Notes under the pieces: generated by a model | What the model was told of the DNA's origin: nothing | Databases searched by the model: none | The model's input: the letters and a program-made list of their open reading frames with translations, nothing else | Translations under genes and position numbers: made by a program | Origin: Simkaniaceae bacterium | GTDB taxonomy: Bacteria > Chlamydiota > Chlamydiia > Chlamydiales > Simkaniaceae | NCBI GenBank assembly: GCA_050248615.1 | Contig: JBFWSA010000004.1 | Coordinates: forward strand, 1 to 64,000 | Direction: 5' to 3' | Length of the DNA stretch: 64,000 nucleotides | Part shown: piece by piece, positions 46,783-55,983 of the stretch | Layout of the letters: each line of letters begins with the position of its first letter | How positions within the stretch are numbered: position 1 is the stretch's first letter

Positions 46783-46876
46783 AGGTTTCACTCTATACAA
46801 AAATTGAATTTGCTAAAAGGATCATTTGTATGACTCAATATTGCAATCCTCAATCCTTAAGGGTTTTCAACAATTT

Positions 46877-47371
46877 TTATTTCCACTGTTCACGCATCAC
46901 TTCTATTAAGCGTCCCTGAATGCGCTCAATAATTTCCGTTGTTGAGATCCCCTTGGTATAAGGTACCGTTTTAAATTTTCCCATCTTATTGGGTACACTA
47001 TATTGTTCATCGATACGATCTTCTTTATAGTCGTCTCCATGAAGGACTAAGTCTATATTGTACTTTTTCATCCATTCTTCTGTAATTCCAATAGGAGCAT
47101 TCACAATCACTTCATCCACATACCGACAGGCTTCAATGATTGTTTTGCGCTCTTCAAGAGAAAGAATGGGTCTACGCTTGTATTCTGTGACCGCTTCATC
47201 TCCATGAATGCCAACAATCAGATAATCCCCATAAGTTCTCGCTTGTTTGAAAAATGCCACATGCCCTGCATGAAATAGATCTCCCACCACATCGACATAA
47301 ACCCGAACGGGCTTTTTTTCAGCTGCTTGAAGGGTAAAGGATAAAAGAAGAAGTAGAATGAGTTTGTTCAT
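46877..47371 (-). CDS. Cytidylyltransferase (choline/ethanolamine/glycerol-phosphate type) with signal peptide
   Basis: RVYVDVVGDLFHAGH, YKRRPI, CRYVDEV, HGDD, PYTKGISTT. Start at ATG 47371 with GAGG RBS. Confidence 0.82.
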   Translation of the reverse strand: MNKLILLLLLSFTLQAAEKKPVRVYVDVVGDLFHAGHVAFFKQARTYGDYLIVGIHGDEAVTEYKRRPILSLEERKTIIEACRYVDEVIVNAPIGITEEWMKKYNIDLVLHGDDYKEDRIDEQYSVPNKMGKFKTVPYTKGISTTEIIERIQGRLIEVMREQWK

Positions 47372-47378
47372 AATAACC

Positions 47379-48230
47379 TCATAGTTCATGTAATGGAGAG
47401 GTATGCAGAAGGATCCGGCTCGCTTGCTGCAATTTTATCCCCTTTTGTTTAAAAGCACTTTCAAGAGCCCACAAATACCCCCCCGATAGCGATTGTGAGC
47501 CTAGCTCAACATCACGGGTGCTAACCCAGACCACCAACTCAAACTCTTGAAGCGTTTCTGATAATTTCGTAAGCCACAAATCTGGGGGAATTTTCTCCGA
47601 AGTTTGAGGGAGTGTTTGAAGCGCTTCTAAAGCTATTTGCTTAACCTCTTCTTTTTCTACCGTTCTTTCCACAGAAAAAGGAATACGCATCCGAAAAAGA
47701 GGGTTTCTTTCTTGAGTCCAATGAATAACCCTTTTTGAAACAATTTCTGTATTGGGGATGAGAATCTTGCGATTGTCAGGGGTACGAATAACAGTACTCC
47801 GCACATTAATTTCTGAAACAATCCCTAAATCCCCAGATTCCAACTGAATCCGATCATGGATACGAATTTTTTTCTCCAGAAGGACAATGATCCCTGCAAC
47901 AAAGTTGTTAAAAATGGATTGGAGCCCAAAGCCAATCCCAACGCTGAGAGCCCCGATCACAACAGCCACACCCGTTAAATCTATCCCAATTGTCGTTAGA
48001 GCAATATAGATCCCGATGAGCAAAATACTATAATAGGAAAGGCGCCCGATGCCATAAAGAGTCGCACTATTTACATGCTCTTTTAAAGCGGTCATGCGCA
48101 TTACAAAACCCCTCACCCCTTTTGCGAGTGCAAAAGAAAGGATCACGATAAACAAGCAGGTGAGAAGGTTCACCGCCGAAACGGGGGTTTCATGAATTGT
48201 AAAAAGTGTTTGATCCCAAAAGTCATCCAT
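47379..48230 (-). CDS. mscS: Small-conductance mechanosensitive channel family protein
   Basis: GALSVGIGFGLQ..FNNFVAGIIVL, G.V.EI..RST.IRT.DN..ILIPN. Confidence 0.88.
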   Translation of the reverse strand: MDDFWDQTLFTIHETPVSAVNLLTCLFIVILSFALAKGVRGFVMRMTALKEHVNSATLYGIGRLSYYSILLIGIYIALTTIGIDLTGVAVVIGALSVGIGFGLQSIFNNFVAGIIVLLEKKIRIHDRIQLESGDLGIVSEINVRSTVIRTPDNRKILIPNTEIVSKRVIHWTQERNPLFRMRIPFSVERTVEKEEVKQIALEALQTLPQTSEKIPPDLWLTKLSETLQEFELVVWVSTRDVELGSQSLSGGYLWALESAFKQKGIKLQQASRILLHTSPLHEL

Positions 48231-48247
48231 GACTCAACTTCCCAGTA

Positions 48248-48265
48248 GAAATAGGTTCATATGGT
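48248..48265. repeat. Family A half-site
   Basis: GAAATAGGTTCATATGGT, identical over 18 nt to 39940-39957. Confidence 0.55.
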
Positions 48266-48321
48266 AAAGAATGTTGATTTTGAATTTTTTTTTCACTATT
48301 AAAAAAACAAAAGGTGAAAAA

Positions 48322-49035
48322 ATGGCAACTCCTAATAATCACAAGAAAAGCAATTGCGAAGTCTGCGGCCAAGAATTTTGCTATACTAAGCTGTTCCCCG
48401 TTAGGCTGATTCAAAATTCTATCATCGAATCTGCCTTACAAAAACACCCCCATATTAACCGCAATGGTTTTGTGTGTTACCCCGACTTAAGAGAACTCCG
48501 CACGCATTATGTGGAAAAATTGCTTTTGCAAGATAAAGGGGCTCTTTCTAGCTTGGATAAAGAGGTGCTTGAAAGCATGCAATCTCAAGAGGTCTTATCG
48601 GAAAACGTCAACAAAAAGTTCGATCGTGACCTCACCTTTGGAGAGAAATTAGCTGATAAAGTGGCACAATTTGGAGGTAGTTGGAAATTTATTACCTCTT
48701 TTCTTGCCATTTTGATTCTGTGGATGATCTTCAATTCTTTCATACTTTACAATAGAGTCTTCGATCCTTATCCCTATATTCTTCTGAACCTGGTCTTGTC
48801 TTGTTTAGCTGCTATTCAAGCCCCTATCATTTTGATGAGCCAAAACCGCCAGGCTGAAAAAGATCATTTGCGGGCGAATGAAGATTATTGCACCAATTTA
48901 AAAGCTGAGCTTGAAATTCAGCAACTCCACTCTAAGCTCGACTTATTTATGAAACGGCAGTGGGAAACATTGATCGAGCTCCAAAAAATGCAACTCGAAC
49001 TGACCGAAGATCTTCTCCATAAAAAAAAGAAGTAA
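48322..49035 (+). CDS. DUF1003 membrane protein
   Basis: TFGEKLADKVAQFGGSW, FDPYPYILLNL.LS..AAIQAPIILMSQNRQ. Start at ATG 48322. Confidence 0.9.
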   Translation: MATPNNHKKSNCEVCGQEFCYTKLFPVRLIQNSIIESALQKHPHINRNGFVCYPDLRELRTHYVEKLLLQDKGALSSLDKEVLESMQSQEVLSENVNKKFDRDLTFGEKLADKVAQFGGSWKFITSFLAILILWMIFNSFILYNRVFDPYPYILLNLVLSCLAAIQAPIILMSQNRQAEKDHLRANEDYCTNLKAELEIQQLHSKLDLFMKRQWETLIELQKMQLELTEDLLHKKKK

Positions 49036-49072
49036 GAACCTATCCCAGTAAATGGATGAGTGGGATAGGTTC
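49036..49072. repeat. Short family A element filling the gap between convergent genes; likely terminator
   Basis: GAACCTATCCCA-GTAAATGGATGAG-TGGGATAGGTTC; begins at the base after one stop codon and ends 2 nt before the other. Confidence 0.8.
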
Positions 49073-49074
49073 AA

Positions 49075-50577
49075 CTACTTTTCTTTTCGCAGTAATGTAA
49101 AAATAGAAAAAATACTCAAGACTGCAACGAAAACTGAGAGCCACATCCCCCCTTGGAATCCAAAAATGAAGGCTTTTTTAAAGGCCTCTATCACTTTATC
49201 ATGCATCTCTGCACTTTGATGACTCAAATAAGCTATTAACTGCTCATAAGAGGACATCAGGGAACGAATTTTCTGTTGCATGAGGGGAGAGAGTTGAATC
49301 CCCTCTTTTTGTAATTCTATGGAAATCTTACCCTTCTCCATGACCCGTAAAACCGTTCCTACAAGAGCTAAACCCAAACTTCCCCCCACCTCCTGGATTG
49401 TCGTTAATGCCCCTGAAGCCACTCCGGTATAGTTGCGGGGAATAGAAGAAATTCCCAGGGATGTCGAAGGGCCAAATACCGCTCCCGCTCCTACACCAAA
49501 AAAGACCAGCGCAGTCACCATCAGTCCCATGAGAGGCTCTACATTTAAAAAGGCCATGAGAAGCGTCCCGATCATAGCGAGAAAAAGGCCATTTAAAAGA
49601 AGGTATTTTTTCGGGATTTTATCCCCTAAAGGTCCTGCATAATGGGACGCAAGTGCAAAAGGGAGGGAAATAGCTAGCATCAACATCCCCGACTCAAAGG
49701 GAGTGCGACTGAGAATATTTTGAAGGTAGAGAGGGATCAAAAAAAAGATCCCCCAGAAAAGGAAAACAACTGAAAAATTTCCAATTGCGGCTGCAAAAAA
49801 CTTCCTTTGTTTAAAAAACTCAAAGCGCATGAGGGGAGAAGGAACCCGGTGCTCCACAAAATAAAAAAGAGCTAAAAAAAGTGCAGCCAATCCAAACAAA
49901 CTCAATATAATAGGACTATCCCATCCCCACTCTGGCCCTTGAATGACCCCCATAATTAAGGCTCCTAAGCCTACAACTAAAAGGAAGAGTCCTGGAACAT
50001 CAATCTTTGCACTTTGTTCAGTATTCTTTGACTCCTTAACGGTCAATCGAACCAAAATGCCACCGATCACAAGAAAAGGAATATTAAAATAAAAGATCCA
50101 ATGCCAGGACGAAATCGCAATGATGATCCCTCCAAAAACAGGCCCCATGGCAAGACCTAGTCCCACTAAGGTCGTCCAAATCCCCAAAGCCTTTCCATGT
50201 TTTTCTTCGGGAAACACATGCGTAATTAACGATTGAGAGGTCGTGATGACCATGGCATTCGAAAGACCTTGAAAAGAGCGAAATCCAATGAGCCATGCAG
50301 CACGAGGGGAGAGGGCTGCACCTAACGAACTGAAAGCACAAATGAGTAGCCCCAACATAAAAAGACGCCTGCGCCCATACGCATCGGCAAGACGCCCCAT
50401 CGTAACCATGGTCACAGACATGACCAACCCAAAGGCATTAACAATCCACTGGAGTTCGGCAAGAGATGCCCCTAAATCTCTTTGAATACGAGGTAAAGCG
50501 TTATTTACAATGGCCCAATCCATTGCAACAACAAAAATCCCCAAACAAATCCCTAAGCTAGGCCAAAATGTCTTCAT
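49075..50577 (-). CDS. MFS transporter (DHA2/EmrB-QacA-like)
   Basis: D.AIVN.ALP.I, GRLADAYGRRR, GPVFGG, W.WIFYFNIP. Confidence 0.92.
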   Translation of the reverse strand: MKTFWPSLGICLGIFVVAMDWAIVNNALPRIQRDLGASLAELQWIVNAFGLVMSVTMVTMGRLADAYGRRRLFMLGLLICAFSSLGAALSPRAAWLIGFRSFQGLSNAMVITTSQSLITHVFPEEKHGKALGIWTTLVGLGLAMGPVFGGIIIAISSWHWIFYFNIPFLVIGGILVRLTVKESKNTEQSAKIDVPGLFLLVVGLGALIMGVIQGPEWGWDSPIILSLFGLAALFLALFYFVEHRVPSPLMRFEFFKQRKFFAAAIGNFSVVFLFWGIFFLIPLYLQNILSRTPFESGMLMLAISLPFALASHYAGPLGDKIPKKYLLLNGLFLAMIGTLLMAFLNVEPLMGLMVTALVFFGVGAGAVFGPSTSLGISSIPRNYTGVASGALTTIQEVGGSLGLALVGTVLRVMEKGKISIELQKEGIQLSPLMQQKIRSLMSSYEQLIAYLSHQSAEMHDKVIEAFKKAFIFGFQGGMWLSVFVAVLSIFSIFTLLRKEK

Positions 50578-50615
50578 CCTTCACTATTTATCGGATAGTC
50601 AGTATCCTTTTCAAC

Positions 50616-51125
50616 ATGAAAAAAATCGTCATCATTGGAACTTGTGGAAGTGGGAAAACAACCCTCGGAAGACAACTAGGTAAACGTTTAAACATCCCTG
50701 TAACCGATCTAGATGATCTGTACTGGTTGCCCCATTGGAAGTTTCGTCCAGAGGAAGAATGCTCGGACCTCATCGAAAAGACAGTCGCCCAAGAAGAGTG
50801 GATCGTCTGCGGAAATCAATCAAAGTATCGCGCACTGATCTGGCCCAAGGCTGACACGATTATCTGGCTCGACTTTCCGCTCCATATCCTCTTTTGGCGC
50901 CTCTTATCAAGAGGCATTAGGCAAATGATTTCTGGGGAAATGATCTGCAACGGAAACCAACAAACCCTCTATCGTCTCCTCTGGATCTTGCACTGGCTCT
51001 TTAGACGTTACTGGCGTAATAAGAAGCGCTATGGAACCCTCTCCCAAACAACCCCTCATGTCCACTGGATCCATTTAACAAATGGCAGTGCCATTCAATC
51101 TTTTATTAAATCTCTTAACTCTTAA
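50616..51125 (+). CDS. P-loop NTPase, adenylate-kinase-like (FlaR/topology-modulation type)
   Basis: IVIIGTCGSGKTT, DLDDLYW.P.W, ADTIIWLD. Start at ATG 50616. Confidence 0.8.
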   Translation: MKKIVIIGTCGSGKTTLGRQLGKRLNIPVTDLDDLYWLPHWKFRPEEECSDLIEKTVAQEEWIVCGNQSKYRALIWPKADTIIWLDFPLHILFWRLLSRGIRQMISGEMICNGNQQTLYRLLWILHWLFRRYWRNKKRYGTLSQTTPHVHWIHLTNGSAIQSFIKSLNS

Positions 51126-52011
51126 ATAGGGGGCCTGTTAAGACAAAAATATCGTCTCTACTACCTTCTGAGAAGTTTTCTCGGGTAGGATAGGGGGCTT
51201 GGTGTTTCAGCTCAACCTGTTTGAACTGTCTTGCTAAGTATTTTTTTGCTTGAGTTTGAACTTGAGTAATGGCCTCTTTTGTTTGGCGTTCTTCACTGCC
51301 ATCTGTAATAGCACTCATTGGTAATGAAAAATCCCCATTTTCAACATCAACACGGATCTCTTCATCATGCGCATAACCGCTGATTCCCCAAGTTTCTGTA
51401 ATGAGTGTTGCATCATTTTCTGGCTTTAATAACTCTTTTAAATTAGCCCAACGAGGGACGCTTATAGACTTGAAGGTGGAATAATCCACAACAACAGTAT
51501 TGAATAGCCTCTGTATTTTCTGAATCGCTGGATCGTTAAAAAAATGCATCTGCAGATGAATACGATTCTCCCGAACTTCTGGTTCACCATCGGTATTTCC
51601 TGAAACCCAAAGCCACCCCTTTTCCTGAGGAACAGATTGCTCTTTTCCTCTTCCGATAATAAGACCTATTTTCTTTCCAGAGTGACTGGCTTTAATGAGG
51701 GCCTCTATTCCCAGTTGATTCATTCTACCTATCTCTTCTTGTGTCCGTGGTAAAGGGAGATCTGGCTTTTGGGGAACTTTTTGAACGGCACAATAAAAAT
51801 GATACGCTCCCCCTAATCCAAAAAGAAGTAGAGAACGCTTCCAATTGATCCATTTCACAGAAATAGCAAAGAGGACGATACCAGAAACTCTTTTCGCTAA
51901 TCCCATCCAAGAATCTTCGTTAACAACCCCAGCTTGGGGATCATGGGGAGCCCAAATATGGTCCCAGTGCACAAAAATTTGTATAGCATGCATCAACTCT
52001 GAAATTTGCAC
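51115..52011 (-). CDS. Hypothetical membrane-anchored protein
   Basis: 298-aa ORF, GGTGGAG RBS before the GTG, two short hydrophobic segments. Confidence 0.55.
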   Translation of the reverse strand: MQISELMHAIQIFVHWDHIWAPHDPQAGVVNEDSWMGLAKRVSGIVLFAISVKWINWKRSLLLFGLGGAYHFYCAVQKVPQKPDLPLPRTQEEIGRMNQLGIEALIKASHSGKKIGLIIGRGKEQSVPQEKGWLWVSGNTDGEPEVRENRIHLQMHFFNDPAIQKIQRLFNTVVVDYSTFKSISVPRWANLKELLKPENDATLITETWGISGYAHDEEIRVDVENGDFSLPMSAITDGSEERQTKEAITQVQTQAKKYLARQFKQVELKHQAPYPTRENFSEGSRDDIFVLTGPLFKS

Positions 52012-52106
52012 AAACTCTCCACCTTTTTTGAAATTTCAGAAAGAGTATAATCTCATTTTAAATAAGAATCAACGTTTTACAAGTAGCTGATTTTTAACCT
52101 TTTAAA

Positions 52107-52883
52107 TCAAACACAATCGAGACGTTTCTTCAGACGGCGGATCGCATCCCAAGTACAAATAAGGATAAATCCCCAGAGGGCAAAAAAGGACCCCCAAAAA
52201 GGTAAATATCCTGTTTGTCCAAGGACCGCTGCTCGCATCCCTTCCATCACATATAGCATGGGATTGATCAAAGTCACCACACCAATGATGTGGTTCATCT
52301 GATAGGCAGCTGCCCAGGAATAGGTATAACCACCAAACATCCACATGGGAGCAATATAGCGAAGCCATAAGCTATTTAGACTGGTGATATCTTTTAAAAT
52401 ACCTGTCAGCCAGAGAGCAAAAAAACCAAAAAAGAGGTTACTTGTGATGAACATGATGATCAGACGAAAGTAAGAAACATCTGCTAAATGCAGCCCCTTA
52501 AAGACCAAAATTTTTCCCGCTGGGAATAACAAGATCGAAAGAAGAGTAGAAGTCAGTGCCCAAGAAACTCCGATATAGCAAAAAACCCATTCGGTTCGAA
52601 TCGGCATCACCATCGTATGACTAATCGTTTTATCACCTTGGAGATCGGCCATGAGAACGCCCACCTTACCCACAATTTCTACAAAACCAAAACTTGCAAT
52701 GGCTCCTACAACAAAAAAAGCCGCATACCCTGCGTGAGCCCCTTCAAGTTGCATGAAATACCCAAAGACAATCACATTGGTAAAAAAGAGGCAGAGGGTA
52801 TCAAAGAATTTTGTACCAAACTCGCGTCTAAAAGCGAGGAGATCGCGCCTTAGCAACTGATAAAATACATACCAACTACTCAT
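52107..52883 (-). CDS. ABC-2 type permease
   Basis: About six TM segments, NPMLYVMEGMRA; coupled to the upstream ATPase. Confidence 0.85.
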   Translation of the reverse strand: MSSWYVFYQLLRRDLLAFRREFGTKFFDTLCLFFTNVIVFGYFMQLEGAHAGYAAFFVVGAIASFGFVEIVGKVGVLMADLQGDKTISHTMVMPIRTEWVFCYIGVSWALTSTLLSILLFPAGKILVFKGLHLADVSYFRLIIMFITSNLFFGFFALWLTGILKDITSLNSLWLRYIAPMWMFGGYTYSWAAAYQMNHIIGVVTLINPMLYVMEGMRAAVLGQTGYLPFWGSFFALWGFILICTWDAIRRLKKRLDCV

Positions 52884-53658
52884 TATTTGTACCTGAGTTA
52901 AATATTTCTGCATCCGGATCGTCTACAAACTTTAAAAATACCTCTTCTAAGTTGTTCTTCTGATGCTGATTTTTCAGATTCTTGGGAGTATCCACAGTAC
53001 GAATCGTCCCTCCATGAATGAGACAAATCCGATCTGAAAGATACTCGGCTTCATCGAGATAATGGGTTGTCAAAATCACGGTAATATTTTGTGATCGTAG
53101 CTCCCCAATAACCTCCCAGAGTTCACGACGAATATGGGAGTCGAGTCCAACTGTAGGTTCATCTAAGATCACCAGCTTAGGCTGATGCATCAGGGAACGT
53201 GCAATTAAAAATCGTTGTTTATACCCTCCAGAAACTTGATCAATATAGGCATTGACGTACTCTCCAAGCTTAAATTGATCCACAAGTTTATTGCGACGGG
53301 TAAGGGCATCCCCTTTACTCAGCCCATAGCAGCGCCCAGAAAAGACCAAGTTTTCCCCTAACGAGAGTTGCTTTTCGATATTGGCATGTTGGGGACAAAA
53401 TCCCACAACAGAACGATAAGCCAGAAGGTTTTTATAAATCGATTCCCGATTCCACAGAACATCGCCTGCTGTGGGGGGGTGAAGGGTTGCAATAATGGAA
53501 ACTAGGGTGGTTTTCCCTGCACCATTGACACCTAAGAGCCCTAAAACCTCTCCTTGATAAAGATCGAGGGAGACTCCTTTCAAGGCTTCTTTGACAAGAC
53601 GCCTTTTATCATAATAGGCCTTCGAGACCTTTTTGATTTGTAAAAATAATTCAGCCAT
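52876..53658 (-). CDS. ABC transporter ATP-binding protein
   Basis: GVNGAGKTT, VSGG, ILDEPTVGLD, LTTHYLDEA. Confidence 0.92.
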   Translation of the reverse strand: MAELFLQIKKVSKAYYDKRRLVKEALKGVSLDLYQGEVLGLLGVNGAGKTTLVSIIATLHPPTAGDVLWNRESIYKNLLAYRSVVGFCPQHANIEKQLSLGENLVFSGRCYGLSKGDALTRRNKLVDQFKLGEYVNAYIDQVSGGYKQRFLIARSLMHQPKLVILDEPTVGLDSHIRRELWEVIGELRSQNITVILTTHYLDEAEYLSDRICLIHGGTIRTVDTPKNLKNQHQKNNLEEVFLKFVDDPDAEIFNSGTNNE

Positions 53659-53695
53659 ATGTCCGGAAAATTTGATAGGGCATCAATTCTATCAA

Positions 53696-54253
53696 TTAGC
53701 TGATCAAAATGTCAAATCCTTTGAGTAAAGAAAGGGCTTCGGGGAGGGAAAATTTTGCTTTTGCAATCTTATTGGTTTGGGGATCTATCTCATAATTCTG
53801 TGCATTCCGAAAGTCTGCTCTTATCAATTGACAATTGTGAAAAAGGGTCTCTTCAAACATGCACCCACTAAAATTCCCCTCAGTCAGATCAGTTTCTTTA
53901 AAATCGCAATCATTGAATTGACTTTCTGAAAAATCGACTTTTTTCATCTTCAAATCAGAGAAATTACAACTTTTTAATACACAGTGTTTGGCTTGAATCG
54001 AAAAAAAGCGCTTTTCGCAAAGATAAAATTTTGCCCCCACAATCTTACAGGCTTCAAAGGTCGTTTCCTGAAAGCGACACCCTTCCGTATTGACCAAACT
54101 CAGATTGCAGCGGATAAAGGTGCAAAATACAAACTGGGCGTTGCAAAATGAACTCTCCATAAAAAGGCAATCTTTGAAAGTACAACTAGAAAAATGGTGC
54201 CCTGCAAAGGACACCTTTGTGTAATCCATTCCTTCAAAAACTTGATCTTCCAT
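53696..54253 (-). CDS. Pentapeptide repeat protein
   Basis: Regular five-residue periodicity (CTFKDCLF, CNLSL, CNFSD, ADFRNA). Confidence 0.9.
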   Translation of the reverse strand: MEDQVFEGMDYTKVSFAGHHFSSCTFKDCLFMESSFCNAQFVFCTFIRCNLSLVNTEGCRFQETTFEACKIVGAKFYLCEKRFFSIQAKHCVLKSCNFSDLKMKKVDFSESQFNDCDFKETDLTEGNFSGCMFEETLFHNCQLIRADFRNAQNYEIDPQTNKIAKAKFSLPEALSLLKGFDILIS

Positions 54254-54318
54254 GAAAGAAAGGATAAAGAGAATGAGACCCCATTGTCAAATGGGAAAAA
54301 TAAGGAGCACTCGGGGGT

Positions 54319-55035
54319 TTAATAGATTATCTGGCCAGGTGTTGAGGATCTCACAATGAAATCATTCACTTTTCCTGCAGCATGATCTGCATACCCTTCA
54401 ATAAACTGGTGTCCTCCTTTTGGACTGCTAATCTCCCAAGGGGTACCATTTCCCTCATGCCATGCAAGTGTTCCTAAAAGCTGTACGGAGTCATCTTTAT
54501 TTCTATAATTCTCGACTCGCCTAGCATAAGCTTTCTCTACCGTTGTGACTCCACCATAAGTATAAACTTCGAGATCTCTTTCATAAGGTTTAATCTTACG
54601 TTTTTCCATCAGGTTTTCTAGTGCTAGTGCGACTACTTTTGCTCTATGACTATGTGCTACAATACAAAGCCTTCCTCTTGTAAGATACTCCTCAATGGAA
54701 CCCGCTAATGCTTCTACCACAACAGGCTTGGGAACTCTATCATGACGATGGAGTGCGTAAACGTTGTTCCAAAATAAACCAATTGCTGGACAGGTTTTGC
54801 TTCGTAATTCTTCAACATTTGCCGCTACATTATCTTCCTTATTTAGGATACCCCCAACAAATAAAACATTCCATTTCAGCTCAGGCTCCTGGGATGACTC
54901 TTGCACCTGACCGTAGTCAGGATTATACGCTTCCATTTCAGATGGATCTGGACCGTTATACGGGGGTAAATCTGCGCTATGACTAGTATGGATCCCGAGC
55001 CGGTTTCCAATTGAATGAAAAAATGCTGCTGTCAT
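54319..55035 (-). CDS. Alpha/beta-hydrolase-like hypothetical protein (candidate effector)
   Basis: LFVGGI, IVAHSHR, EVYTYGG, NYRN.DD.V, GHQF after a disordered N-terminus. Confidence 0.6.
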   Translation of the reverse strand: MTAAFFHSIGNRLGIHTSHSADLPPYNGPDPSEMEAYNPDYGQVQESSQEPELKWNVLFVGGILNKEDNVAANVEELRSKTCPAIGLFWNNVYALHRHDRVPKPVVVEALAGSIEEYLTRGRLCIVAHSHRAKVVALALENLMEKRKIKPYERDLEVYTYGGVTTVEKAYARRVENYRNKDDSVQLLGTLAWHEGNGTPWEISSPKGGHQFIEGYADHAAGKVNDFIVRSSTPGQIIY

Positions 55036-55150
55036 TTGATAACCCTTCCTTTTTTAAACAATTATTATATCAAATAATTTATTTTATTTTAATAAATAAA
55101 CAACAATCACAAAAATCAACAAACACTTGATAATAAGCTAGACAAGAAAA

Positions 55151-55960
55151 TTATTTTCTATATATAGGTAGGATTCCCGAACGATAACTAGCATCTGCGA
55201 TTACTAATACCCTATTTTGAAATGGGTTATACCAACAAGCTGCCTGTACGTGATAGGGGCCTAATGGAACTTTTTCTTTACAGTAGACAGGATGATCGAC
55301 AGGAAATTCACTCCCACCTTTAAGGTTTCTAAGCACAAGAATCGTAATGCCTTCGAGTAAGGTAGGGCAATCATGCTTACAACCCACAGTCTGTGAATAA
55401 CGAGTCAAAAACTCTGGGATATTTGAGGGACTTTTATGCAAACTTTCTGGAATCAATTCCCTAGGTGTCATTACCCAATAAGACGATCCCCTATCGCGCC
55501 AAACTCTCTCTCTTGCAATCTCAGTTACCATAAGAGATCTCGGAGTTCCCTTTAGAGGAAACTCTAAGAGTTTCTCAAGCAAATCGAGGGTATAGGAAGA
55601 TTCAGCAACCGTTTGAGGGATAAGGATGAATAGTCGAGAAAAAACACAACCATTGATTTTAGGATCTACTTGTACAGCACACTCTCTATCTATCATTCTC
55701 CACATTTTCTTTGAAAACAGGGGTTCGTCCCCAATCTCTCCATAATGCCTTTCCCAGACGGCTTTTCCATACGAGTTTTGTACTGCTATTTCAAAACTCT
55801 TATGCTCTCCCAAGCATTTCCATTCCCAGCAAACACACCTTAAAACTCGTAAATGATAAGGAGGAATGAGTCTAAAAATGTTGAATACCATTTCCGGAGG
55901 CAACCTAGAGATTTTTACAGTATCACAAACATTAGAAGCTTGAGGAGAAAGAGGCATCAT
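55151..55960 (-). CDS. F-box protein (eukaryote-like, candidate effector)
   Basis: LPPEMVFNIFRLI....L..LRCVCWEWK F-box consensus. Confidence 0.8.
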   Translation of the reverse strand: MMPLSPQASNVCDTVKISRLPPEMVFNIFRLIPPYHLRVLRCVCWEWKCLGEHKSFEIAVQNSYGKAVWERHYGEIGDEPLFSKKMWRMIDRECAVQVDPKINGCVFSRLFILIPQTVAESSYTLDLLEKLLEFPLKGTPRSLMVTEIARERVWRDRGSSYWVMTPRELIPESLHKSPSNIPEFLTRYSQTVGCKHDCPTLLEGITILVLRNLKGGSEFPVDHPVYCKEKVPLGPYHVQAACWYNPFQNRVLVIADASYRSGILPIYRK

Positions 55961-55983
55961 AAAAATTCCACATTACTCAATCA

